Assembly: GCA_965220985.1 (NCBI GenBank)
Contig: OZ244854.1
Span: 3,823,115 to 3,887,114 of the forward strand
Direction of reading: 5' to 3'
Source of the DNA: Paracoccaceae bacterium
GTDB lineage: Bacteria > Pseudomonadota > Alphaproteobacteria > Rhodobacterales > Rhodobacteraceae
DNA length: 64,000 nt
Below the pieces are notes generated by a model. The model ran no database searches and was not told where the DNA came from. It saw only the letters and a program-made list of their open reading frames with translations. Positions 47,301-54,235 of the stretch are shown in pieces; the first letter of the stretch is position 1, and the number at the start of each line of letters is the position of its first letter. The position numbers and the translations under genes were made by a program.

Positions 47301-50291
47301 TGTCGCAGTCTGGTCCGGAATCTCGTTCGCAACCGTCGGGACGGTGTTCACCGCGATGTCGAAGGTGTCGCTGACCGTGCCGCCCCTGCCATCGCTTGCC
47401 GTGACTTTCACCGATATCGTGCCCCCGGAAGTCGGCGTGCCTGCGAAGCGACGCAAAGCCGCGGTAAACGTCAGCCACGAGGGAAGCGCGCTGCCATCGG
47501 ACAGCTCCGCCGTGTAGCTCAGCGCATCGCCGTCCGTGTCAGAAAAGGTGTCAGCCGGCAAAACATAACTGAATGCAGTGCCTACAGTCGCAACCTGGTC
47601 CGGCACCGCGTTCGCAACCTTCGGCGCGGTGTTCACCTCGATGTCGAAGGTGTCGCTGACCGTCCCGCCTCTGCCGTCGCTTGCCGTCACCCGCACCGAA
47701 ACCGTACCAGCATCCGCATCCGGAGACTGCGGCGTGCCCGAGAAGCCCCGCGTGGACGAGGCGAAGCTCAACCACGATGGCAGCGCGTTTCCATCAGACT
47801 GCTCAGCAGTGTAACTCAAAGTGTCGTTGTCGGCGTCCGCGAAGGTGTTCGCCGGGAATGCGTAGCTGAAGGCAATGCCCACTGTCGCGACCTGGTCCGG
47901 AATCTCGCTCTCGATCGTCGGAACGGTGTTCACCGCGATGTCGAAGATGTCGCTGACCGTTGCTCCCCTGCCGTCGCTTGCCGTCACTCTCACCGATATC
48001 GTGCCCCCGGAAGTCGGTGTGCCCGAAAAGCTCCGCGAGGACGCAGTGAACGTCAACCACGAAGGCAGTGGACTGCCATCGGACAGCTCAGCCGAGTAGC
48101 TGAGCGAGTCGCTGTCGGCGTCCGCGAAGGTGTTCGTCGGGAAAGCGTAGCTGAACGCGATGCCCACTGTCGCAGTCTGGTCCGGGATCTCGTTCGCGAC
48201 CGTCGGGACGCTGTTCACCGCGATGTCGAAGGTGTCACTGACCGTGCCGCCCCTGCCGTCACTCGCCGTCAACTTCACCGAAATCGTGCCCCCGGAAGTC
48301 GGCGTGCCAGAAAAACTCCGCGAGGACGCAGTGAACATCAACCACGATGGCAGCGCGCTGCCATCGGACAGCTCAGCCGTGTAGCTGAGCGTGTCGCTGT
48401 CAGCGTCCGCGAAGGTGTTCGCAAGGAAAGCGTAGCTGAAGGCAATGCCAACTGTCGCAGTCTGGTCCGGGATCTCGTTTGCAACCGTCGGAACGGTGTT
48501 CGCCGCGATGTCGAAGGTGTCGCTGACCGCCCCGCCCCTGCCGTCACTTGCCGTGACCCTCACCGATATCGTGCCCCCGGAAGTCGGTGTGCCAGAAAAG
48601 CTCCGCGAGGACGCAGTGAACGTCAACCACGAAGGCAGTGGACTGCCATCGGACAGCTCAGCCGAGTAGCTGAGCGAGTCGCTGTCGGCGTCCGCGAAGG
48701 TGTTCGCGGGGAAAGCGAAGCTGAATGCACTGCCAACTGTCGCAGTCTGGTCCGGGATCTCGTTCGCGACCGTCGGGACGCTGTTCACTGCGATGTCGAA
48801 GGTGTCGCTGACCGACCCGCCCCTGCCGTCGCTTGCCGTGACCTTCACCGATATCGTGCCCCCGGAAGTCGGCGTGCCCGAAAAGCTCCGCGAGGACGCT
48901 GCGAACGTCAACCACGAGGGTAGCGCACCGCCATCCGACAGCTCGGCCGAGAAGTTCAGCGCGTCGCCATCCGTGTCAGAAAACGTATTTGCCGGCACAA
49001 CATAACTGAACGCAGTGCCTACAGTCGCAACCTGGTCCGGAATCGCGTTCGCAACCGTCGGCGAGGTGTTCACCGCGATGTCGAAGGTGTCGCTGACCGT
49101 CCCGCCCTTGCCATCAGTTGCCGTCACCAACACCGATACCGTACCAGCATCCGCATCTGCAGACTGTGGAGTGCCCGAGAAGCCCCGCGTGGACGAGGCG
49201 AAGCTCAACCACGATGGCAGAGCGCTGCCATCAGACTGCTCCGCCGTGTAACTCAAAGTGTCGTTGTCAGCGTCCGCAAAGGTGTTCGCCGGGAAAGCGT
49301 AGCTGAATTCGATCCCCACTGTCGCGACCTGGTCCGGGATCGCGTTCGCAACCGTCGGCGCGGCATTCACCGCGATGTCGAACGTGTCACTGATCGATCC
49401 TTCGCCATCGCTGCCGTCACTTGCCGTCACCTTGACGGATATCGTGCCACCCGAAGTCGGTGTGCCCGAAAAGCTCCGCGTGGCCGAAGTGAAGCTCAAC
49501 CAGGACGGCAGCGCGCTGCCATCAGACAACTCCGCCGTGTAACTCAGGGGGTCGTTGTCCGGGTCAGAGAACGTGTTCGCCGGGAAGACATAGCTGAATG
49601 CAGTGCCCGCTGTGGCAGTCTGGTCTGGAATACGATTGTCGATCCTCGGCGCATTGGGGACGTTTTCGACCGTCTCCGTGAAGACACTGCTCCAATCACT
49701 TTCTGGTTTGTGGAAGTTGTTGTGACCGCCGGAGCCGTGATCGGCACAGTCGGAATCGCCGCTCACGGTCCGAACCCGCACTTCATACGTCGCACCGGCT
49801 TCCAGTTCGACACCGATCTGACCATTCTGCTGATGGGGGAATCTCCCCTCGGCAGAATTGTTGATCGTGAAGCTCCGATCCCTGATGCTGCCACTCGAAG
49901 TTAAAGTGTCCTCATAGGCGCCGCTGGCCACGTCATTCGGATTCTGTTGAGTCACTTGATTTGGAGACCGGGCTGTCCGCCAATCTACTGTCGTTTTTCG
50001 GTAATTGATTTCAAACGCCGATGACCAATGTTCGAGATCGCAGGATCCTGGTGCGTGATCCCAGTCCCAAGTGACCGTGAGTGCCAATCCCTCGGTATCT
50101 GCCGCAACCCGAACATTGGTAGGTGCAGACGTCGATATTGGAGTCTCGACTTGGTGAGCCCCGGCAGTTCCGGCCAACAAAATTGCCCACAAAGCAAAAA
50201 AGGCCAGCCACCTTGTCCGCTGGTGGCACGGACTCGGAACAAACAAGCGCGGACTGAACACTTGCGCCACGACACCTTTCCCCCTTTTCAT
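41304..50291 (-). CDS. giant autotransporter adhesin: signal peptide, FN3-like domain, 21 Ig/cadherin-like repeats, 2 divergent cadherin-like domains and a C-terminal beta-barrel
   Basis: Single 3,052-codon ORF. Candidate signal peptide MKRGKG...RWLAFFALWAILLAGTAGA. The C-terminus has a typical autotransporter beta-domain pattern (WGRGTVSSFEG...GDVNSLMLGVD...) and ends IRMRW. The start is uncertain; I chose the ATG at 50291. Confidence 0.85.
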   Translation of the reverse strand: MKRGKGVVAQVFSPRLFVPSPCHQRTRWLAFFALWAILLAGTAGAHQVETPISTSAPTNVRVAADTEGLALTVTWDWDHAPGSCDLEHWSSAFEINYRKTTVDWRTARSPNQVTQQNPNDVASGAYEDTLTSSGSIRDRSFTINNSAEGRFPHQQNGQIGVELEAGATYEVRVRTVSGDSDCADHGSGGHNNFHKPESDWSSVFTETVENVPNAPRIDNRIPDQTATAGTAFSYVFPANTFSDPDNDPLSYTAELSDGSALPSWLSFTSATRSFSGTPTSGGTISVKVTASDGSDGEGSISDTFDIAVNAAPTVANAIPDQVATVGIEFSYAFPANTFADADNDTLSYTAEQSDGSALPSWLSFASSTRGFSGTPQSADADAGTVSVLVTATDGKGGTVSDTFDIAVNTSPTVANAIPDQVATVGTAFSYVVPANTFSDTDGDALNFSAELSDGGALPSWLTFAASSRSFSGTPTSGGTISVKVTASDGRGGSVSDTFDIAVNSVPTVANEIPDQTATVGSAFSFAFPANTFADADSDSLSYSAELSDGSPLPSWLTFTASSRSFSGTPTSGGTISVRVTASDGRGGAVSDTFDIAANTVPTVANEIPDQTATVGIAFSYAFLANTFADADSDTLSYTAELSDGSALPSWLMFTASSRSFSGTPTSGGTISVKLTASDGRGGTVSDTFDIAVNSVPTVANEIPDQTATVGIAFSYAFPTNTFADADSDSLSYSAELSDGSPLPSWLTFTASSRSFSGTPTSGGTISVRVTASDGRGATVSDIFDIAVNTVPTIESEIPDQVATVGIAFSYAFPANTFADADNDTLSYTAEQSDGNALPSWLSFASSTRGFSGTPQSPDADAGTVSVRVTASDGRGGTVSDTFDIEVNTAPKVANAVPDQVATVGTAFSYVLPADTFSDTDGDALSYTAELSDGSALPSWLTFTAALRRFAGTPTSGGTISVKVTASDGRGGTVSDTFDIAVNTVPTVANEIPDQTATVGIAFSYAFPTNTFSDVDGDTLSYTAEQSDGSALPSWLAFTAASRSFSGTPTSGGTISVEVTASDGRGGTVSDTFDIAVNTVPTVANEIPDQVATVGIAFSYAFPTNTFTDADSDTLSYTAEQSDGSALPSWLSFTAATRSFTGTPQSLDADAGTVSVRVTASDGRGGTVSDTFDVAVNTAPTVANAIPDQVATVGSAFNYAFPANSFADADNDTLSYTAELSDGSMLPSWLTFTATTRSFTGTPQSSDADAGTVSVKVTASDGRGGTVSDTFDIAVNTAPTVANAIPDQVATVGIAFSYAVSANTFADSDNDTLSYTAELSDGGGLPSWLTFAPATRSFTGTPQSSDADAGTVSVRVTASDGRGGTVSDTFDIAVNTAPTVANAIPDQVATVGIAFSYVVSANTFSDSDGDALSYTAELSDGSALPSWLRFTATTRSFAGTPTSGGTISVKVTASDGKGGTVNDTFDIAVNTVPTVANAIPDQVATVGSAFSYAFSTNTFSDADRDTLKYAAELSDGSVLPSWLMFAASSRSFSGTPTSGGTISVKVTASDGRGGTVSDTFDIAVNTVPTVANEIPDQTATVGSEFSYPFPANTFSDADGDTLIYSAELSGGGALPSWLRFTASSRSFSGTPTSGGTISVRVTARDGRGGTVNDNFDIAVNTVPTVANEIPDQTATVGSAFSYAFPTNTFSDADSDTLSYTAELSDGSPLPSWLTFTASSRSFSGTPQSSDAAAGTVSVRVTASDGRGGTVSDTFDVAVNNAPTVANAIPDQVATVGSAFNYAFPANSFADSDNDTLSYTAELSDGSALPSWLTFTATPRSFTGTPQSSDADAGTVSVRVTASDGRGGSVSDTFDIAVNIAPTVANAIPDQIATVGTAFNYAFPANTFADADNDTLSYTAELSDGNTLPSWLTFTATTRSFTGTPQSSDADAGTVSVRVTASDGRGGTVSDTFAISVNSVPTVANEIPDQAATVDVAFSYAFPASTFADADSDSLSYTGELSDGSPLPSWLTFTAASRSFTGTPTSGGTTSVKVTANDGRGGSVSDTFDIVVNTVPTVANEIPDQTATVDNAFSYTFPANTFADADSDTLRYTAEQSDGSPLPSWLSFTPGTRSFAGTLQSSDADAGSVSVQVTASDGRGGSVSDTFDIAVNTAPTVANEVPDQAATVGEAFSYIVPADTFADTDSDPLSYTAELSDGSELPSWLSFNPVTRSISGTPTSAARVSVVVTASDGKGGTASETFEIVVNATGNKFPSASDNAVQTRPNQYYTFQVDDFGFTDSDGDSLAQVKIETWPTSGKGELRLEGESSPIRSEMRIGRTDILDGKLEYRPPKDKYGDGFASFTFKVNDGYVDSDAVYTMTIDVINSSPVVSDSSVRMPPRRSPDDPGYVFKASDFRYSDPDGDALSSITIGDPGSLPEGSLLQLNGVNVSAGQEVTIAHLDAGALVFTPRVDAQMRNYAMFTFKAKDEVSESGEAVMRIHVSNLSSDRVVSAWLSRFGRTAADQAVDAVRSRIDMNRAPVPHGEAVLQVNLAGQDVLPKDPGMSDAPGRSRVTRVAGAMGSDERPSGFSGAGLDAGSAGHILRGHESWYSPRGETRDAGRETAVRGLDVDMLRGSSFSHSSGDAGTSVRSIWGRGTVSSFEGREGALDVDGDVNSLMLGVDTSSSDRVLGVMFSHSWGTGEYSDGKAEDGEIDSSLYGIYPYASHRLNERITIWGTAGYAQGELELKREGEATLSADTDMLMLAGGLRGVWREANGGWPALALVGDGMYVRSGSDAVGDELAKTQTDVSRLRFGMESSWNALKSGEGWLRPSARMNLRHDGGDAEKGLGAELEGSLEWMDPVRGISANVQARGMLMHQEDEYREHSISGSFSWDPRPETQRGATLEIASGLRGSDTDVVGRRIEEGVGGTVNVNEGDHAQYWRMDVGYGFGVLGDRFVSIPGFGVGWSENVHEYTLGWQLRRDDSDGFDAMLEVAQQHAEDGQSQHGIGVRIRMRW
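43554..49631 (-). repeat. tandem in-frame repeat array: 21 units of 285 or 297 bp (95 or 99 aa)
   Basis: The unit consensus is IPDQ[VT]ATVGxAFSYAFPANTFADADxDTLSYTAELSDGSxLPSWLTFTAxxRSFxGTP[TSGGTISV or QSSDADAGTVSV]xVTASDGRGGTVSDTFDIAVNTxPTVANx. I counted the units directly in the translation. Confidence 0.9.
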
Positions 50292-50484
50292 GCAAACATG
50301 GCGGAGTGTGTCAGACAGATGGCCGCACCATCGCCGGGACATTCCGGAGATTGCTTGTCTGCTCTGGACATCCGTAACTGCAAGGCCTTCACGAAAAATC
50401 ATCACTGCCATCTCCAAGACCAATTTCCGATGTCGAACGCGCGCAACAAAAAACCGGTTCAAGCGAACCGGAGATTTCGCAATT

Positions 50485-50574
50485 TGGCGGAGAGACAGGG
50501 ATTCGAACCCTGGAGACGGTTCCCCGCCTACACGCGTTCCAGGCGTGCGCCTTCGACCACTCGGCCACCTCTCC
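50485..50574 (-). tRNA. tRNA-Ser (anticodon GGA)
   Basis: Folded by hand: acceptor GGAGAGG/TCTCTCC, anticodon stem CACGC/GCGTG with loop CTGGAAC, a long variable arm, T arm CAGGG-TTCGAAT-CCCTG and an encoded CCA. Confidence 0.85.
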
Positions 50575-50602
50575 GACTGTTAGCGTCCCAATATACCGAG
50601 GG

Positions 50603-51233
50603 CTACCCAACAGCAAGACGCGACCGGTGGGCGATTCTCTGCAAACAACTTCGCCGAAACAGTTCTTTGCCAATCGGGTCCTCGCCAGCAGATGCGATGT
50701 TGTCAGCGATCTGGGCGAGCCTTGCCCGGTCCCTGTCGATGCGCTTGGGTAGTTCGGCGATGACCGTGACACCGTCATCTTCGAAGCGGATCGTGCCGGT
50801 TTCCGTGCCAGAACCATGGCACGATGACTGGGCGCGGTCCGCGTGTTTCAGGCAAATCGCGCCATTGAGCCAGTCCGAGAGGGCCTTGGCCTGCGCCATC
50901 TGTTGATCGGCCGCGTCTTTCTGCATGGCCAGCAGATCCGCAGGCAGCGCGGCGACCTCGCTCACGGGCGTGCGAGGAATGTCGGCGATGGTGATGCGGT
51001 TGGAATTCGTCAAGTCGCCCCCCTTCACGGACATCGGGCGATGGGGTTCGTGATCCGCGCCGCGGATCTGTTCGGCCTCGAAAGCCTCGACACCTTCGAG
51101 GCGGTAGATCACCCGGCCGCCAATCTTGATGAATTTCGGGGCTTCGGCCGTTCCACCGCCAGCGATCCAGCGTGCAGTGCGAGATGATCCAGCGAGCCGG
51201 CAGCTCGATCTGGGAAAGGTGCCTGATCGCCAT
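50603..51233 (-). pseudogene. excisionase/MerR-like HTH protein with a C-terminal domain, interrupted by a frameshift
   Basis: MAIRHLSQIELPARWIISHCTLDRWRWNG is in the frame of ORF 50775..51233. It continues as AEAPKFIKIGGRVIYRLEGVEAFEAEQIRG... in the frame of ORF 50603..51277. The switch lies near 51135-51165. Confidence 0.5.
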
Positions 51234-51339
51234 GTGAACCTCCTTGGGATTTCTGCGAACACTTGCGGGTTCGACATGGCGGAGAGCGTCGGAGGTGCTG
51301 AGTAGGCGAAAGGGGTGCGTGCGGAGAGGAATTCAATTT

Positions 51340-51411
51340 GTCAGAAAAATCCGCTATGTTTCTGACTAGAGAAGGCTGAAGAGGACCGCCCATATGTCTG
51401 GTATTTCTGAC
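51340..51411. promoter_or_regulatory. repeated 8-mer GTCAGAAA / TTTCTGAC around the abiEi start (candidate auto-operator)
   Basis: GTCAGAAA at 51340-51347, the inverted copy TTTCTGAC at 51359-51366 and a second TTTCTGAC at 51404-51411. Confidence 0.3.
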
Positions 51412-52017
51412 AGAATCATGAAACGCATTCGCTCGAAGGGCCGCGGACAGTGGGTTTGTACCCCCAAGGACTTCCTCGACCTCGGCAGCCGTGAGGCTGT
51501 CGATCAAGCGTTGTCGCGCCTGGCAAAGAGTGGTGATCTGCGTCGGGTCGGCCGAGGGCTCTACGATCTGCCTCGCACCTGCGACGTTCTGAAGCGGCCC
51601 GCACCGGTCGATTTGGACAAGGCAGTTGCTGCACTCGCGCGGCGCGACAGCGCTCGCGTCATGCCCGACGGCATCGCCGCGGCAAACCAGCTGGGCCTGA
51701 CCAATGCTGTCCCCGCAAAGGCAAGCTATGTGACGGACGGAGCGACGCGGGACGTGAAGATCGGCAATCGGACCGTGAGGCTGCGGCATGCAGGTCCGAG
51801 TGTGATGGCATGGTCGGGCAAGACCTCCGCGCCAGTCGCACTGGCTCTGCGGTGGCTCGGGCCACAAGCAGCGCTGGACACACGGGTTGCGGCCACGCTC
51901 AAGCGCAAGCTGCCAGATGCCGTGAAAAGGGACCTCGTCCGTAACATCGGTAGCCTGCCGAGCTGGGCTGCACCCATCGTGCACAGCATTGTCGATCCGC
52001 TGATCACCACACCATGA
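51394..52017 (+). CDS. AbiEi-family (DUF6088-type) type IV toxin-antitoxin antitoxin
   Basis: The N-terminus RIMKRIRSKGRGQWVCTPKDFLDLGSREAVDQALSRLAKSGDLRRVGRGLYDLPR matches the AbiEi/DUF6088 pattern as I remember it. Confidence 0.65.
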   Translation: MSGISDRIMKRIRSKGRGQWVCTPKDFLDLGSREAVDQALSRLAKSGDLRRVGRGLYDLPRTCDVLKRPAPVDLDKAVAALARRDSARVMPDGIAAANQLGLTNAVPAKASYVTDGATRDVKIGNRTVRLRHAGPSVMAWSGKTSAPVALALRWLGPQAALDTRVAATLKRKLPDAVKRDLVRNIGSLPSWAAPIVHSIVDPLITTP

Positions 52018-52193
52018 GCGAGAGCTATACGCGGTCTCTCGCGCTTCCTGATCGCGACCGGAATACAAGCGGCGCTGACATTTGCCTCGCGACCCTCCCA
52101 CGCTTTGACAAGGCGCCTGATGATAGCGATCCGCTACGAACCCAACGATTGCAGACGGTTGCCCGCCAATAATGGTCACCGACGCCAGTTCAC

Positions 52194-52931
52194 CTACGGA
52201 CGGGTGTTTGGCAAGGGATCGACAGGGTGAATGTTGACCCGCCGGTTCAGGCGGCTCTTCTTTTCGACTTTCCCAAGGCGCAGTCGGCCGATTTCTGTCG
52301 TCGTCCGCACATGGGTGCCCCCGCACGGTTGAAGGTCGACGAGGCTGTCGTTCTTGCTGATCCGAACCAGCCGAACCTTGCCGCGGCCGCTCGGAGGCTT
52401 GACCGACATCGTCTTGACCAGCCCGGGATTGGCCGCAAGCTCCTCGTCAGAAATCCATTCATCGGTAATCTCAAGATCGCGCTCGACCAGTTCGTTCAGC
52501 GCGTCCTCGATTGCCTGCTTGTCTTCAGGCGCATCGGGCATGTCAAAGTCAAGCCGACCCTTCTCAGCCGAAATCTGCCCGCCCGTCACCGGCAAAGGGA
52601 TGACCACCGACAACAGATGCAAGGCGGAATGAACGCGCATGTGGGCAAACCGTCTGTCCCAGTTGATCCGTTGCAGGACCGAAACACCGATGGGCAAGTC
52701 GACCGGAGCTTCGGGCACGAGAATGATGTCTTCTCCTTCACCCTTGACCGTCGTGGCAATCCTGACTGTCTTGCCGTCGTGAATGATCTCGCCGGAGTCC
52801 CCCGGCTGGCCGCCTCCGGTCGGATAGAACAGCGATCGATCCAGAATGATGCCGCCACGATCATTGACGGCAACGACTGTCGCCTCCGCCTCCGTGAGAT
52901 ATGCGTCTTGCGTGAACAATGCTGTGGTCAT
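52194..52931 (-). CDS. alanyl-tRNA editing protein (AlaX-M-like)
   Basis: Contains HSALHLLS and CGGTHV zinc and editing motifs. 245 aa. Confidence 0.8.
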   Translation of the reverse strand: MTTALFTQDAYLTEAEATVVAVNDRGGIILDRSLFYPTGGGQPGDSGEIIHDGKTVRIATTVKGEGEDIILVPEAPVDLPIGVSVLQRINWDRRFAHMRVHSALHLLSVVIPLPVTGGQISAEKGRLDFDMPDAPEDKQAIEDALNELVERDLEITDEWISDEELAANPGLVKTMSVKPPSGRGKVRLVRISKNDSLVDLQPCGGTHVRTTTEIGRLRLGKVEKKSRLNRRVNIHPVDPLPNTRP

Positions 52932-53021
52932 TCAACCGATTCCTTCACTTTTGCGCCTGGGTACATGCGTCTGTTCGCCTCATGACCGGACAGGCCAAGC
53001 CCTCATCATGCGACAGTCCCG

Positions 53022-54068
53022 TCAATCGTCGCCTTCGACATAGACTGTGGGCAACTCGGGAACCTTCGCGTCAAGCCACGCAGGCACAGGCAATCCCTTC
53101 GACCGCAGAAACGCAGGATTGAACAGCTTGGACTGGTAACGAGTGCCATAATCGCAGAGGACCGTGACAATCACGTGGCCCGGTCCGAGATCGTGGGCCA
53201 GGCGAATGGCCCCGGCGACATTGATGCCAGACGAACCGCCGAGGCAAAGCCCTTCGTCCTGCAAGAGCGAAAACACCAGTTCCAACGCCTCCGCGTCAGG
53301 AATCCGGTAGGGAAAGTCGACCTCCAGGCCATCGAGGTTTCCCGTGATGCGACCCTGACCGATCCCTTCGGTGACCGAAGACCCTTCTGCCTTCATCTCT
53401 CCGTGTGCGTAATAGTTGTAGAGAGCAGCACCCTCGGGGTCTGCCAGTCCGATCTTCACGGTATGATTGCGGGCTCGGAGGCCTACTGCAACTCCGGCAA
53501 GCGTCCCGCCGGTACCAACCGCACAGATGAAACCGTCAACCTTGCCGTCGGTCTGCTTCCAGATTTCCCGAGAGGTCGTCTCGATGTGAATTCCTCGGTT
53601 GGCAACATTGTCGAACTGGTTCGCCCAGATGGCGCCGTTTTTTGTTGATTTCGCAAGCACATCCGCCAAACGCCCCGAGTAGCGAACGTAGTTGTTGGGA
53701 TCGCGATAAGGCACTGCTGGCACTTCGATGAGATGAGCGCCTGCAAGGCGAAGCATCTGCTTCTTCTCGTCGCTTTGGGTCTCGGGAATCACGATGACGG
53801 TGCGGTAACCGAGCGAGCCGCCAACAAGAGCCAGCCCGATTCCGGTATTCCCCGCAGTTCCCTCGACAATTGTCCCCCCGGGCTGAAGAACGCCTCGTCT
53901 TTCAGCATCTTTGATGATGCCAAGAGCGGCACGATCCTTGACCGACTGCCCCGGATTCATGAATTCGGCCTTTCCGAGGATTTCGCACCCGGTCATCTCC
54001 GACGCATGTTTCAGGCGGATCAACGGCGTGTTTCCGACCGCCTCTGCCAAGTCTGATCTGATTTCCAT
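53022..54068 (-). CDS. cysteine synthase / cystathionine beta-synthase-family PLP enzyme
   Basis: Contains NPGQSVKDRAAL (PLP lysine), GNTGIGLA and GTGGTLAG. Confidence 0.8.
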   Translation of the reverse strand: MEIRSDLAEAVGNTPLIRLKHASEMTGCEILGKAEFMNPGQSVKDRAALGIIKDAERRGVLQPGGTIVEGTAGNTGIGLALVGGSLGYRTVIVIPETQSDEKKQMLRLAGAHLIEVPAVPYRDPNNYVRYSGRLADVLAKSTKNGAIWANQFDNVANRGIHIETTSREIWKQTDGKVDGFICAVGTGGTLAGVAVGLRARNHTVKIGLADPEGAALYNYYAHGEMKAEGSSVTEGIGQGRITGNLDGLEVDFPYRIPDAEALELVFSLLQDEGLCLGGSSGINVAGAIRLAHDLGPGHVIVTVLCDYGTRYQSKLFNPAFLRSKGLPVPAWLDAKVPELPTVYVEGDD

Positions 54069-54235
54069 GTTCCACCCGAAGTCGCAAATTCAACGCAGGC
54101 ACTCATAACTGCGCGTCTTCACACCATCAACCGTCACCGTGACGAACACCGGACAGGTTGTCAGTCGGAAGCCTTGGAACTGCCGGCACGCTGGAAAGCG
54201 GACAATCGTCGCGACAGTCTTTGCTCCAACCCGGA

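Noticed and set aside
43840-49251. About 20 similar 60-85-aa ORFs on both strands inside the adhesin repeats (MPTVATWSGIAFATVG..., MADVHGDH...).
   Set aside because: They recur with the 285/297-bp period of the coding repeats and are simply alternative-frame echoes of the tandem array. They are not a gene family.
43554-49631. Regular periodic repeats that could be mistaken for a CRISPR array or satellite.
   Set aside because: The period is 285-297 bp with no short repeat/spacer alternation. The whole array is one continuous reading frame encoding Ig-like domains.
50292-50462. The 57-codon N-terminal extension of the adhesin ORF ([13 protein letters not shown]...).
   Set aside because: It has no signal-peptide character, and it runs to within 23 nt of the tRNA-Ser gene. 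The hydrophobic leader begins only after the ATG at 50291.
9407-51233. Sequencing or assembly indel errors as a single explanation for all the split small genes (RidA, XRE antitoxin, HTH protein and possibly the 9.5-kb ORF).
   Set aside because: This is not fully excluded. However, every long ORF in 64 kb is intact, including the 9.2-kb repeat gene. A random indel rate high enough to hit three or four roughly 0.5-kb genes should have broken many larger ones. Genuine pseudogenisation of accessory genes is more likely, but resequencing is still needed.
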